Source: a virus
Virus record (IMG/VR): IMGVR_UViG_3300045988_150405
Coordinates: 1 to 40,667 of that record
Length of the DNA: 40,667 bases
Direction: 5' to 3' (one strand)
Below the pieces are notes generated by a model. It saw only the letters and a list, made by a program, of their open reading frames with translations. It had not been told where the DNA came from and did no database searches. Of this stretch, positions 1 through 7,002 are shown piece by piece. Position 1 is the first letter of the stretch; every line of letters begins with the position of its first letter. The position numbers were made by a program, and so were the translations under genes.

Positions 1-85
1 ATTTTTTTTTACATTTTGAAAGTATTGAATTTACTGCTTTTCGTAAAATTCATAATACAATTACTTTTATGTCTTTTAAAATTAA
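1..85. repeat. Terminal direct repeat, left copy (identical to 40583-40667)
   Basis: Direct comparison of the window ends. ATTTTTTTTTACATTTTGAAAGTATTG...GTCTTTTAAAATTAA is present at both ends, 85/85 nt identical. Confidence 0.95.
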
Positions 86-112
86 CCGTATATTTATATT
101 TATTTTTTATTA

Positions 113-149
113 ATGATAAAATACAAGGGGACTAATTTCAAAGCCCCTT
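113..149 (-). terminator. Intrinsic terminator-like hairpin (inside 51-nt repeat R1, 115-165)
   Basis: Minus strand has AAGGGG, a 13-nt loop and CCCCTT, followed by GTATTTTATC. It lies about 100 nt downstream of the stop of 250..447. Confidence 0.45.
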
Positions 150-249
150 AGAATTGATTTCAATACTTTCAGAAATCACCATTTTTTACTTGATATTTAT
201 TTAACACCAAAATTTATAATTCTTCTTGGAAAATAAAGGTGTTAATTTT

Positions 250-447
250 TTAACCCAAATAGTAACCAACTTTGGTAATAGAGTTCCATTCTTGAACTGT
301 AAATATTCTTTCTTCTGTTCTTATGTCCCCATGGCAATTTGTAGTTATTTTTACTTTTACAAAGTCAATCCCTTTCGCCCAAGTTTCATCAATTTTAAAT
401 TCTTCAATGCTTATAACTTTCTCGATATAATGTTTTAATAGATTCAT
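250..447 (-). CDS. Hypothetical protein (65 aa)
   Basis: ATG preceded by a GGAGGG Shine-Dalgarno, on the same strand as all neighbours. The overlapping plus ORF 226..438 starts with TTG and looks like a Phe/Ile-rich antisense shadow. Confidence 0.6.
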   Translation of the reverse strand: MNLLKHYIEKVISIEEFKIDETWAKGIDFVKVKITTNCHGDIRTEERIFTVQEWNSITKVGYYLG

Positions 448-469
448 AACTACCCTCCATTATTTCATT

Positions 470-504
470 GATAAAATACAAGGGGACTAATTTTAAAACC
501 CCTT
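470..504 (-). terminator. Intrinsic terminator-like hairpin (inside repeat R2, 470-520; 48/51 identical to R1)
   Basis: Same AAGGGG-loop-CCCCTT hairpin followed by GTATTTTATC on the minus strand, directly after the small ORF 532..657. Confidence 0.45.
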
Positions 505-531
505 AGAATTGATTTAAATAGCTTCCATATA

Positions 532-657
532 TTACCAAATCAATGCTACTGCAACTAATAAAGTTACATACTCATATAATGACATATTTTTTTTAGTTAC
601 AGTAAATAATAATACAAACCCTATTATATTTGAAATCATTTTTATAATTAATATCAT
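532..657 (-). CDS. Small hydrophobic protein (41 aa, two apparent TM segments)
   Basis: Not in the ORF track (<60 aa). Its ATG overlaps the TGA of the upstream gene (ATGA). Translation: MILIIKMISNIIGFVLLFTVTKKNMSLYEYVTLLVAVALIW. Confidence 0.4.
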   Translation of the reverse strand: MILIIKMISNIIGFVLLFTVTKKNMSLYEYVTLLVAVALIW

Positions 658-1001
658 ATAAATTTATGTCCTCTATTTAATAACTTCTCATTATGTTCCT
701 TTATATGTTCTTCTAAATTTATTCCCTTAGTAAAAGCTATACCGTAGCAACATTGAATGACATCAAGTAATTCTTCTGTTAGATTTTCTTTGTCATTCAT
801 CAATATAGCCCCTGCAACTTCTTCTACTTCTTCATCTAACTTATTATACATATCAACTGCACTAAGTTTTTTATATATTTCTAGATTATGTAATTTATTT
901 TTCTTTAAATCAATGTTTTCAAGTAATAACATTTCATTTCTATATTCTAAATCTAATATCTTATCGTACATCAAGATATTACTCATTAATAATTTTTGCA
1001 T
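654..1001 (-). CDS. mazG: MazG-like nucleoside triphosphate pyrophosphohydrolase
   Basis: The acidic motifs EEVEEVAGAI and EELLDVIQCCYGIA match the all-alpha NTP-PPase (MazG) EExxE...D signature. The size of 115 aa is typical of phage MazG. Confidence 0.7.
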   Translation of the reverse strand: MQKLLMSNILMYDKILDLEYRNEMLLLENIDLKKNKLHNLEIYKKLSAVDMYNKLDEEVEEVAGAILMNDKENLTEELLDVIQCCYGIAFTKGINLEEHIKEHNEKLLNRGHKFI

Positions 1002-1009
1002 AGTCCCTC

Positions 1010-1663
1010 CTACTTACAAACCATATCAAACATAGGTAATGTTTTAAAATAATCGCATAATAATCTCCACTCTTGCATTTTATGGTTATTTCTCTGTCCT
1101 ACTATAGATTTAAGTTGTAAATAATTAGTTGTCATTCTAGCAGTTAGCATTATGCCACTCGGAGTATTTGCTATTATCATATTAAATACATCTTCCTTGT
1201 TTGTAACAACTTCACCATTTCTAAGTTTTACTTTAAAATCAGTATCATTATTTATTTTATTGTATTCTTCTATTAAATAATTTAATAAATTTATACTTGT
1301 TTCTGTTACATACTTATTACAAGCTTTATCTATATCCATTTTAAGTATTCTGTGCATCTTACTTTGACTACTTACACAGTCTATAAAATGGTATCTATCT
1401 AATTGACGCCATATGTACTCGGATACTTGTAAATCAAATTGAACTGTTATCCCTTTAGCAAAACAATCATGCCCACTTCCTGCAACTGCATTTCCTAACT
1501 GCATAGCCCTTTTTAAATCTTTATCTTTTAGATTTATTTCATTCATATTAAAAGTTTCAGTTTGCATAGGATAACCACTAGCTATTATACTTTCTTCTAT
1601 TCCATATATCCTAACATTATCAACTTTTATTACTCCTTCAACTTCAAAACCTTTAAATTCCAT
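1010..1663 (-). CDS. ThyX-like (flavin-dependent thymidylate synthase fold) protein with a divergent catalytic motif
   Basis: GHDCF..ITVQFDLQVSEYIWRQLDRYHFIDCVSSQSKMH aligns by eye with ThyX GHxS..H..FTF.I.G.SR....QL.RHR..S.S..S.RY. The RHR motif is RYH here. Confidence 0.55.
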   Translation of the reverse strand: MEFKGFEVEGVIKVDNVRIYGIEESIIASGYPMQTETFNMNEINLKDKDLKRAMQLGNAVAGSGHDCFAKGITVQFDLQVSEYIWRQLDRYHFIDCVSSQSKMHRILKMDIDKACNKYVTETSINLLNYLIEEYNKINNDTDFKVKLRNGEVVTNKEDVFNMIIANTPSGIMLTARMTTNYLQLKSIVGQRNNHKMQEWRLLCDYFKTLPMFDMVCK

Positions 1664-1665
1664 AA

Positions 1666-2103
1666 TTATTCCCCTTTTATAAACTCAATTCTTCTCTTTA
1701 AATATTCCATAGCTTTATTTAAATCTTGTAACTCGCTATTATTTTCTTTTTTCCCTGCTCTAGTTACATATTTTATAACATTTCCTAAGTCAAAATTTAT
1801 GTTGTGCAACTGACAAAACGCTATAACATCAAATTCTCCTGCCTTGTAATGACTTGGTTTTATTGCATTTTCTTCTTTTTGTTTATAGTAATAGTCATCA
1901 TATTCTTTTTTACAATAACTATATTCACATCCATCACCCATATTATAATAAATGCAATCTTCACAGTTTACTTCTTTTGAGCTATCTACGCTTTTGTAAT
2001 CAAGGCAATCTACTGTTACCCCACATGAAACAACTGTTGATACAGGATTATCACTTTTTGAACATTCGCTATGTATACAACTATCGCATAATCTTTTTTT
2101 CAT
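1666..2103 (-). CDS. DUF3310-family protein with Cys-rich N-terminal half
   Basis: C-terminal PSHYKAGEFDVIAFCQLHNINFDLGNVIKYVTRAGKK...DLNKAMEYL matches the DUF3310 signature (P.HY...E.I..I....F..GN..KY..R...K....DL.KA..YL). Confidence 0.6.
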   Translation of the reverse strand: MKKRLCDSCIHSECSKSDNPVSTVVSCGVTVDCLDYKSVDSSKEVNCEDCIYYNMGDGCEYSYCKKEYDDYYYKQKEENAIKPSHYKAGEFDVIAFCQLHNINFDLGNVIKYVTRAGKKENNSELQDLNKAMEYLKRRIEFIKGE

Positions 2104-2119
2104 AATATCCCCCTATTTA

Positions 2120-2503
2120 TTAAAATGGTATATCTTCGTCTACATCAACTTCTTGGAAATTAAGTTCTTCTGTTTTCTTTTCAGTAGTTGCACCACCTAA
2201 AAACTCTAATCTATCAACTTTTACTTTAGTAAATGAACGTTTTTCTCCGTCTTTTTCATAATTATCAATATTTAACTCGCCCTCTACTAATATTTGTTTT
2301 CCCTTAGTTACATACTGACATAAATTTTCTGTATGTTTCCCTATCATTTCACAGTTTATAAAATCAACTTTTTTATTATTTTTATCCTTTTGATAATTTC
2401 TCTCTACTGCCATTGAAAAACTCATTTTAGGTGTCGCAGTAGAAGCTATATAGCTAAGCTCTGCATCTCTAACTAAACGACCACTAATTATTATTTTATT
2501 CAT
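2120..2503 (-). CDS. ssb: Single-stranded DNA-binding protein
   Basis: The OB-fold N-terminus MNKIIISGRLVRDAELSY and the acidic C-terminal tip DVDEDIPF are hallmarks of bacterial/phage SSB. Confidence 0.85.
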   Translation of the reverse strand: MNKIIISGRLVRDAELSYIASTATPKMSFSMAVERNYQKDKNNKKVDFINCEMIGKHTENLCQYVTKGKQILVEGELNIDNYEKDGEKRSFTKVKVDRLEFLGGATTEKKTEELNFQEVDVDEDIPF

Positions 2504-2837
2504 ATTTATTTACCTTCCTTTTCTCAATATCTCTTGATATTTCTTCAAATAGTTCTACTATATCTTTCATGCTCATATGATTTGTTATTGTTTCTTTTAC
2601 CCAATCTTGAGTTTCGCCTTCTTCTAAACATTTTTCTAAGTTGTTAATTATATAATTATGCCCTTCGATTGCTTCTTCCCTCGTATTATAATGTTTGAAA
2701 AATTTTTCCCTCCAATTAGTTACATATTTATCTTTACTCTCAAATACCATTGTCTCAAATCCTACATCTGGAGTATTGTTCGTACTTATATAATATTCTT
2801 GATCATTTGCAACTACATAGCTTTTTAAATGTTCCAT
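2496..2837 (-). CDS. Hypothetical protein (113 aa)
   Basis: Long ORF on the coding strand with an 8-nt overlap with ssb. No recognisable motif. Confidence 0.6.
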   Translation of the reverse strand: MEHLKSYVVANDQEYYISTNNTPDVGFETMVFESKDKYVTNWREKFFKHYNTREEAIEGHNYIINNLEKCLEEGETQDWVKETITNHMSMKDIVELFEEISRDIEKRKVNKYE

Positions 2838-2914
2838 TTACTCTTCCCTTTCTGCTAAAAATAGTGCTAATTTAACCATTAAATAGCTTATAATTATTAG
2901 TTTCGCTAACACTA

Positions 2915-3250
2915 TCATTTAATCATATCACCATACTTTTTCATAAAGTAGGCTTTAAACTTGATATGTTCAGCTTCTGACCAAAATTTTAAAGGTATTC
3001 CTATTTTGTTTTCCCATTTCTTACTTTCTTTCAAGAAGTGTGGCATAAGTATAACACTATTAAATTTAGCTTTCTTTTCTGCTTCTTCTTTTTCTATTAA
3101 GCTTTTAAAAGTTTTGTTAGCACTTTTATACATATATTGAGTGAGTATATGCAGTAAGTTTTTATTAAAATCAACTTCTACAGATACAACTTCATCACCT
3201 TTGCTACAAACTATATGATTATATATAACGTCGGCTACACTTGTTCCCAT
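2915..3250 (-). CDS. Hypothetical protein (111 aa), downstream partner of the RHH gene
   Basis: ATG preceded by AGGAGGGGGAAA. It lies 23 nt downstream of the RHH ORF. No recognisable motif. Confidence 0.6.
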   Translation of the reverse strand: MGTSVADVIYNHIVCSKGDEVVSVEVDFNKNLLHILTQYMYKSANKTFKSLIEKEEAEKKAKFNSVILMPHFLKESKKWENKIGIPLKFWSEAEHIKFKAYFMKKYGDMIK

Positions 3251-3273
3251 TTTCCCCCTCCTTATTCAATATT

Positions 3274-3516
3274 TTATCTATAAGTTTTTTTATATACTTT
3301 CCAAATTGTTTTCATTAAATCTGCTTTACTCATTCTCGATTTAATTGCATATTCTTCTATTTCTTTTTCAATTTCACTCCCTAGATCAATGCAATTTAAA
3401 CCTTTATCAATTAATTTACACATCATATAATTAATACTTCTTTCTTCAACTTCTGAAATATCTTTCACCTTGTCAAATACTTCTTCGTCTATTCTTAATA
3501 AAAAGTTTTTCTTCAA
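3274..3516 (-). CDS. Ribbon-helix-helix (Arc/CopG-like) DNA-binding protein
   Basis: TTG start 6 nt after AGGAGGTG. The N-terminus KKNFLLRIDEEVFDKVKDISEVEERSINYMMCKLIDKGL fits the RHH beta-strand/helix/helix pattern. Confidence 0.55.
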   Translation of the reverse strand: MKKNFLLRIDEEVFDKVKDISEVEERSINYMMCKLIDKGLNCIDLGSEIEKEIEEYAIKSRMSKADLMKTIWKVYKKTYR

Positions 3517-3551
3517 TTAAACACCTCCTATGATGTCAGTAATATCGTATT

Positions 3552-3604
3552 GATATTATATTAATATTATATCATAAATCTACAATTATATGTAATTTAT
3601 ACAT
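3552..3604 (-). promoter_or_regulatory. Promoter/operator region of the RHH operon
   Basis: The minus strand has an extended -10 TGATATAAT (3566-3574) inside a 22-bp near-palindrome GATATTATATTAATATTATATC (10/11 pairs). A palindrome ATGTA-N5-TACAT (3590-3604) abuts a second TATAAT. Confidence 0.4.
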
Positions 3605-3639
3605 AATTTATTACAATTTTCGTTCGCCTTATTTTGACA

Positions 3640-3666
3640 ATAAAAAAGACTAGATAAAATCTAGCC
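3640..3666 (-). terminator. Intrinsic terminator
   Basis: Minus strand GGCTAGAT-TTT-ATCTAGTC (8 bp, one G.U) followed by TTTTTTATTG, 12 nt after the stop of 3678..4370. Confidence 0.65.
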
Positions 3667-3677
3667 TTTTTATCAAT

Positions 3678-4370
3678 TTAAACGCCAAAATATTTTTCAA
3701 GATATGGATTTGCTATAGATATGTACTCATTTTTTAATTCTCTTACAGATGAATGTATTTCTTTTTTAACATCATCTAGTTTTTTATTTATTCTTTTATT
3801 CTCTAGTTTATATTCTTCTAGTTCGTCTTTAAGCTTAACATTATCCTCAATACATTTAAGTAAATCCTTATATAACTCTTTAACAATTTCTAAGTCATGG
3901 TTTTTGTAGTAATCTTCAAATAAATGTGGACTATGTTCTTTTAATTTCATAAGTTCAGAGCTGATAACTTCCTCTAAAATAGCCCCTGTTTCTAAATTCA
4001 TTTCAAACACTATATTCTTGTCATCACTAATTCTTTTCCAAATCTTATCAAATAAATTTTTCGCCTGGGATTTTCTATCATTACGTTTTATTCCATAATC
4101 CTTTACTGCAACTTTAATTATCTGCTCTACAGATGTCTTAAATTCTTGTTTTTTAGTTCTTAGAGTATCTTCATCGTTTCCACTTAATTTTTTAGCTATA
4201 TTATAAATATTATCTATTGTAACTTTAGTATTTTGTAGCCCATATTCTGGATGTTGTAATGTATTATGAACTGCATTTATATTATTTCTACTAGCTTCAA
4301 CTGTTTCTAAAATACTGCCAATTGTTATTTGTTGTGATGTTTCCCTCTGTTGTCTATTACCTAAATCCAT
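3678..4370 (-). CDS. Coiled-coil protein (230 aa), function unknown
   Basis: Long ORF with a heptad-rich K/E/L C-terminus (KDELEEYKLENKRINKKLDDVKKE). It is the last gene before the terminator. Confidence 0.65.
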   Translation of the reverse strand: MDLGNRQQRETSQQITIGSILETVEASRNNINAVHNTLQHPEYGLQNTKVTIDNIYNIAKKLSGNDEDTLRTKKQEFKTSVEQIIKVAVKDYGIKRNDRKSQAKNLFDKIWKRISDDKNIVFEMNLETGAILEEVISSELMKLKEHSPHLFEDYYKNHDLEIVKELYKDLLKCIEDNVKLKDELEEYKLENKRINKKLDDVKKEIHSSVRELKNEYISIANPYLEKYFGV

Positions 4371-4380
4371 ATCATTTCTC

Positions 4381-5679
4381 CTATTGCTCTATTATATTGC
4401 TATTATTAAAACTTATTATTCTTTCACTTTCTCCTAGTTTCTCATAAACATTTGATATGCTTTCAACTAAGGTATCTAGTGTAGTTAAATATATATCCTT
4501 AACATCTTCATATTTTAAATACTCTGTATAGTCTTGTGATAATATTTCATCTAATCTTCCTTTTATGTCTATTATTAAATTTATATTATTATATAAGTAT
4601 CTCATTTTATCTCTAAAAGGAGCTAAATCTTTTAAATCATCTTCTAACTTTTCAATAGTTTTAGTTGTTTCTAATTTTCTATTATTAAGCATAGTTATCT
4701 CATTTGATAAATTTGCTATCTCATTTGATAATTTAGTTTTTTCACTTAATAGTTCATTTCTTTCCTTTTTAACATCTTCTGTTTTAGGTAAACTCCTAAG
4801 TTTTTCTAAGTAATCATTCTCCATAGCATACAACTCTTCTTCTTTAGCTTCAAGCTTTCTTTTAGCTTCTTCTATGTTTCCATATTGTGCCTTTAACCTG
4901 TCAGTTTCTTGTGCTAAAGATTGCTCTCTTTGTTCGTAACGTTCTACTGCTTTACTTATTTCTTCGTTTAATATCTCTTCTTTTTCAACTTCAAATTTTT
5001 CTTTAAAATTTCTTAAACTTCTCAACTCATTATATAATTTATTACTTAAGGCTTTTTGCTCTTTTTCCATTACATCTTTAATACTTATACCTTCTTTATC
5101 AGCTTCTTTTTCTAATTCGTTATATTCTTTCTTTAATTTATTGTAATTTACTATTGCCTTATCTAATTCCCTATAATTTAAGTCCTTATTCTTTTTGCAT
5201 GGGTTCAATGCATTTTCCTTGTGGTTTAAGTTTAAAAAGTCCTCTATTTTAAAGTACTCATCCTCTGTACTAAGCAATCTATTTAATATACCATAACCCC
5301 TGGCACTTTTTGGCATAGTTTCAATTCTTTCTTTAGTATAATTTGTACATACATTTATCAACCCATATATAGCTGTAGTTGATAATCCATAAGTATTTCT
5401 ACTGTAGGCATCAAAATCTCTGTTAGTTTCTCTTGTATATTGTGCCATACGTTCAACTTCTTCGTACTTTATATTAGTACCTTTCAATTTATTATAAATG
5501 TCTATTGTATCTCTAAAATAAATTTCCTTAGATATTTTTAGATAACCACCTAATTCAAGGTATCCATACTTAATATCTTCTATTTTATTAATAATTCTAT
5601 TATCAATTTCCTCTTGTGTTAGCATCTTAGCTTCTTCTATTTTCCCTAAAGAAACTAATTCTTTATTCATCTCACTCAT
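4381..5679 (-). CDS. Large coiled-coil protein (432 aa from the corrected start), function unknown
   Basis: The track ORF runs to 5718. However, GGAGGT followed 7 nt later by ATG supports a start at MSEMNKEL (5679), overlapping the stop of the upstream gene by 8 nt. About 200 aa of the central/C-terminal part is E/K/L-rich coiled coil. No P-loop seen. Confidence 0.65.
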   Translation of the reverse strand: MSEMNKELVSLGKIEEAKMLTQEEIDNRIINKIEDIKYGYLELGGYLKISKEIYFRDTIDIYNKLKGTNIKYEEVERMAQYTRETNRDFDAYSRNTYGLSTTAIYGLINVCTNYTKERIETMPKSARGYGILNRLLSTEDEYFKIEDFLNLNHKENALNPCKKNKDLNYRELDKAIVNYNKLKKEYNELEKEADKEGISIKDVMEKEQKALSNKLYNELRSLRNFKEKFEVEKEEILNEEISKAVERYEQREQSLAQETDRLKAQYGNIEEAKRKLEAKEEELYAMENDYLEKLRSLPKTEDVKKERNELLSEKTKLSNEIANLSNEITMLNNRKLETTKTIEKLEDDLKDLAPFRDKMRYLYNNINLIIDIKGRLDEILSQDYTEYLKYEDVKDIYLTTLDTLVESISNVYEKLGESERIISFNNSNIIEQ

Positions 5680-5965
5680 TGTCTGTACCTCCAAATAATG
5701 TCCATTCTTCATCTTCAAGTTCCCTAGTAATTACAGCTTTCTTTCCACCTATTTTGTTATATTTAGGTTTATATTTATGTATCATCCATTTTTCAAGCCT
5801 TTGTATATAATATTTATCATAATGGTATGAATAATAAATATATCTAGCATCATTAATTCTTTTTAAATCTGCTTTTATATGTTGGCTAACCCTCTTGTTT
5901 TTATTTTTAGTTATGCCTACATATATTAAAATTCCGTATTCATCTATAAATTTATAAATATACAT
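5672..5965 (-). CDS. Minimal GIY-YIG nuclease-domain protein (97 aa)
   Basis: MYIYKFIDEYGILIYVGITKNKNKRVSQH...YIQRLEKWMIHKYKPKYN matches the GIY-(10)-YVG...R..QH...E...KP.YN layout. There is no appended DNA-binding domain. Confidence 0.7.
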   Translation of the reverse strand: MYIYKFIDEYGILIYVGITKNKNKRVSQHIKADLKRINDARYIYYSYHYDKYYIQRLEKWMIHKYKPKYNKIGGKKAVITRELEDEEWTLFGGTDNE

Positions 5966-5974
5966 CTACTTTTA

Positions 5975-6157
5975 CTAAAAATTATTACCTATATTATTTT
6001 CTAACCATTCTTCAATTTTATCTTTTATTATTAATATCTTTGTGCCAAATTTTATCATTGGAAAATCTTTAGCATGAACTATTTCATAAGCTTTATTCAT
6101 ACCTAAACTATACTCACTAGCAAATTCTTTTACTGTTATAAGCTTTTTATTTTGCAT
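5975..6157 (-). CDS. Excisionase-family (MerR-like HTH_17) DNA-binding protein
   Basis: LITVKEFASEYSLGMNKAYEIVHAKDFPMIKFGTKILIIKDKIEEWL matches the excisionase-family HTH pattern (lt..E.a.yl.vs...vy.l......p..k.G.....i....l.eWl). Confidence 0.7.
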   Translation of the reverse strand: MQNKKLITVKEFASEYSLGMNKAYEIVHAKDFPMIKFGTKILIIKDKIEEWLENNIGNNF

Positions 6158-6178
6158 TAAATCACCTCTTATTGAATT

Positions 6179-6207
6179 ATAATATTTTAAGCAAAATACA
6201 TAGTCAA
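6179..6207 (-). promoter_or_regulatory. SigmaA-type promoter of the HTH/GIY-YIG/coiled-coil cassette
   Basis: Minus strand TTGACT, a 17-nt spacer and TATTAT, about 20 nt upstream of the AAGAGGTG RBS of 5975..6157. Confidence 0.5.
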
Positions 6208-6225
6208 TAATTATTTATAAATTAA

Positions 6226-6257
6226 CAAAATAAAAAAGACTACCTAATTCGGCAGTC
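6226..6257 (-). terminator. Intrinsic terminator
   Basis: Minus strand GACTGCC-GAATTA-GGTAGTC (one G.U) followed by TTTTTTATTTTG. The hairpin overlaps the last codons of 6244..6450. Confidence 0.6.
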
Positions 6258-6450
6258 CTAATAATTCCCTCACAAACTCTATTTCTTTTATTATGTTATC
6301 TCTCTCGTGCCATATTTTGTACTTGTGAGCCTTTACAAACTCCCAACAATAGTTATTATCACTAGCCCATTTTTCAGCTTTCTCAAGTCTTTCTATTAGC
6401 TTTTCATATTCAAGTAAAAGTTTATTTTTCTCAATAACACTACTTGTCAT
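6244..6450 (-). CDS. Hypothetical protein (68 aa)
   Basis: ATG preceded by AAAAAGGAGTAG. It is the last gene of the replication operon. Confidence 0.6.
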   Translation of the reverse strand: MTSSVIEKNKLLLEYEKLIERLEKAEKWASDNNYCWEFVKAHKYKIWHERDNIIKEIEFVRELLGLPN

Positions 6451-6458
6451 TTGTGTAT

Positions 6459-6620
6459 CTACTCCTTTTTTTCATCGTTACCCCTTGTAATAGCTTGATA
6501 GTTAGGATGTTGTGGGTTTTTAACGCTCAATTTCCCTGTACATTTTTTCTCACGCTTATAATTATCTATCAAACAAGTTTTATGATATATGCAATTTATA
6601 TTATTACATTTTTTATTCAT
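6459..6620 (-). CDS. Small Cys-containing protein (53 aa)
   Basis: Not in the track (<60 aa). Its ATG overlaps the TAA of the upstream gene (TAATG). Translation: MNKKCNNINCIYHKTCLIDNYKREKKCTGKLSVKNPQHPNYQAITRGNDEKKE. Frame verified against the plus ORF 6444..6650. Confidence 0.5.
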   Translation of the reverse strand: MNKKCNNINCIYHKTCLIDNYKREKKCTGKLSVKNPQHPNYQAITRGNDEKKE

Positions 6621-6820
6621 TATTTAATCACCCATTTTTTATTTATATAGTCATTCTTATTAAATTTAACTATATCCCCATTTCCATATTCACCTTTACA
6701 TATATTTCTGTAAGCATCATTAAATACATGAATATCTCTATTTTCTTCTAATAAAAAAGTTATATCAAAATCTATTTTACTTAATACTATAATCATTTCA
6801 TCAGTTGTATAAGTTTTCAT
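6620..6820 (-). CDS. Hypothetical protein (66 aa)
   Basis: ORF on the coding strand, translationally coupled on both sides (4-nt and 1-nt overlaps). Confidence 0.6.
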   Translation of the reverse strand: MKTYTTDEMIIVLSKIDFDITFLLEENRDIHVFNDAYRNICKGEYGNGDIVKFNKNDYINKKWVIK

Positions 6821-7002
6821 CTTATCCCCCTACTTTTCCATTTATTCTTCATTTCCAACTCTTTTATATATTTGTCAAATTCTTCTTTGCTCATACTTAT
6901 ATTTTTAACTTCAGCTTCTTTATATGCTTTTTCATATGTATATTTCAATTCATTATTTATATTGTGTCCCCATTGACTTACTTCTAATCTTCCCATATCC
7001 AT
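6817..7002 (-). CDS. Hypothetical protein (61 aa)
   Basis: ORF on the coding strand overlapping the 3' end of the primase-helicase gene. Confidence 0.5.
   Translation of the reverse strand: MDMGRLEVSQWGHNINNELKYTYEKAYKEAEVKNISMSKEEFDKYIKELEMKNKWKSRGIR

Noticed and set aside
5975-6157. Excisionase-family HTH as evidence for an integration/excision module
   Set aside because: No tyrosine or serine recombinase is present anywhere in the window, and the HTH_17 fold is a generic DNA-binding module. The same motif also occurs inside 15464..16075.
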